From contig SFEB01000001.1 of NCBI GenBank assembly GCA_004558105.1, positions 1 to 55,308 on the forward strand: a DNA stretch of 55,308 nucleotides, given 5' to 3'. The notes beneath the pieces were generated by a model, which worked only from the letters and a program-made list of their open reading frames with translations, was not told the origin of the DNA and did no database searches. The stretch's first letter is position 1; the number at the start of each line of letters is the position of its first letter. This document shows, piece by piece, positions 55,264 to 55,308 of the stretch. Origin of the DNA: Clostridiales bacterium. Lineage in GTDB: Bacteria > Bacillota > Clostridia > Christensenellales > CAG-314. The position numbers were made by a program, and so were the translations under genes.

Positions 55264-55308
55264 ATTTCTTACCTCACAAAAGAAATTTACTACTTCATTA
55301 TAACGCAT

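Noticed and set aside
1-55308. Scan for rRNA, tRNA, CRISPR arrays, transposases/IS elements, toxin-antitoxin or known defence-system genes
   Set aside because: No intergenic gap is long enough for, or shaped like, a tRNA (no GGTTCGAATCC-type T-arm). There are no spaced direct repeats and no DDE/HUH transposase motifs. Nearly every ORF longer than 100 aa is accounted for by housekeeping, transport or envelope functions; the exceptions are a few membrane and surface proteins with no family or function assigned.

Overview
This window looks like a core chromosomal segment of a low-to-mid GC, probably spore-forming, anaerobic Firmicute (Clostridia-like). The basis is gene order, an Rnf complex and a SpoVM-like micro-ORF. 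TGA is used as a stop codon, and ATGA start/stop overlaps are frequent. About 50 tightly packed genes are present. On the + strand: two unknown membrane proteins, pcrA-ligA and a lone GatA-like amidase. Then comes a >10 kb terminator-free cluster (yicC-gmk-rpoZ-coaBC-priA-def-fmt-rsmB-rlmN-rsgA-rpe plus an untracked 26-codon spoVM-like ORF), followed by a nitroreductase and a malic enzyme. On the - strand: an orphan tyrosine recombinase and ttcA. Back on the + strand, a membrane-anchored ComEC-type MBL hydrolase is followed 4 nt later by a shikimate operon. That operon encodes steps 2-7 in four ORFs through two fusions (AroC-AroB and AroA-AroE), plus aroQ and aroK. Next is a monocistronic 998-aa gene on the - strand for a protein anchored at both ends, with three internally repeated CBM-like modules. 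Then follow a pair of half-size TauE/TSUP genes, rnfCDGEAB, ppx, maf, a degenerate MreB paralog, a DUF4349-like lipoprotein and dnaG-sigA-trmK. After these come a zinc-ribbon coiled-coil protein, a membrane protein, a TPR protein, a YkvI-like membrane protein, a NitT/TauT-type ABC importer (- strand), valS and a small zinc-ribbon membrane protein. I found no rRNA, tRNA, CRISPR array, transposase or recognisable defence system. The most unusual items are the shikimate fusions, the large surface protein together with a 13-bp inverted repeat in its promoter region, the SpoVM-like ORF, the degenerate MreB and the split TSUP pair. All functional calls rest on motif recognition by eye and on synteny. 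No searches were run.
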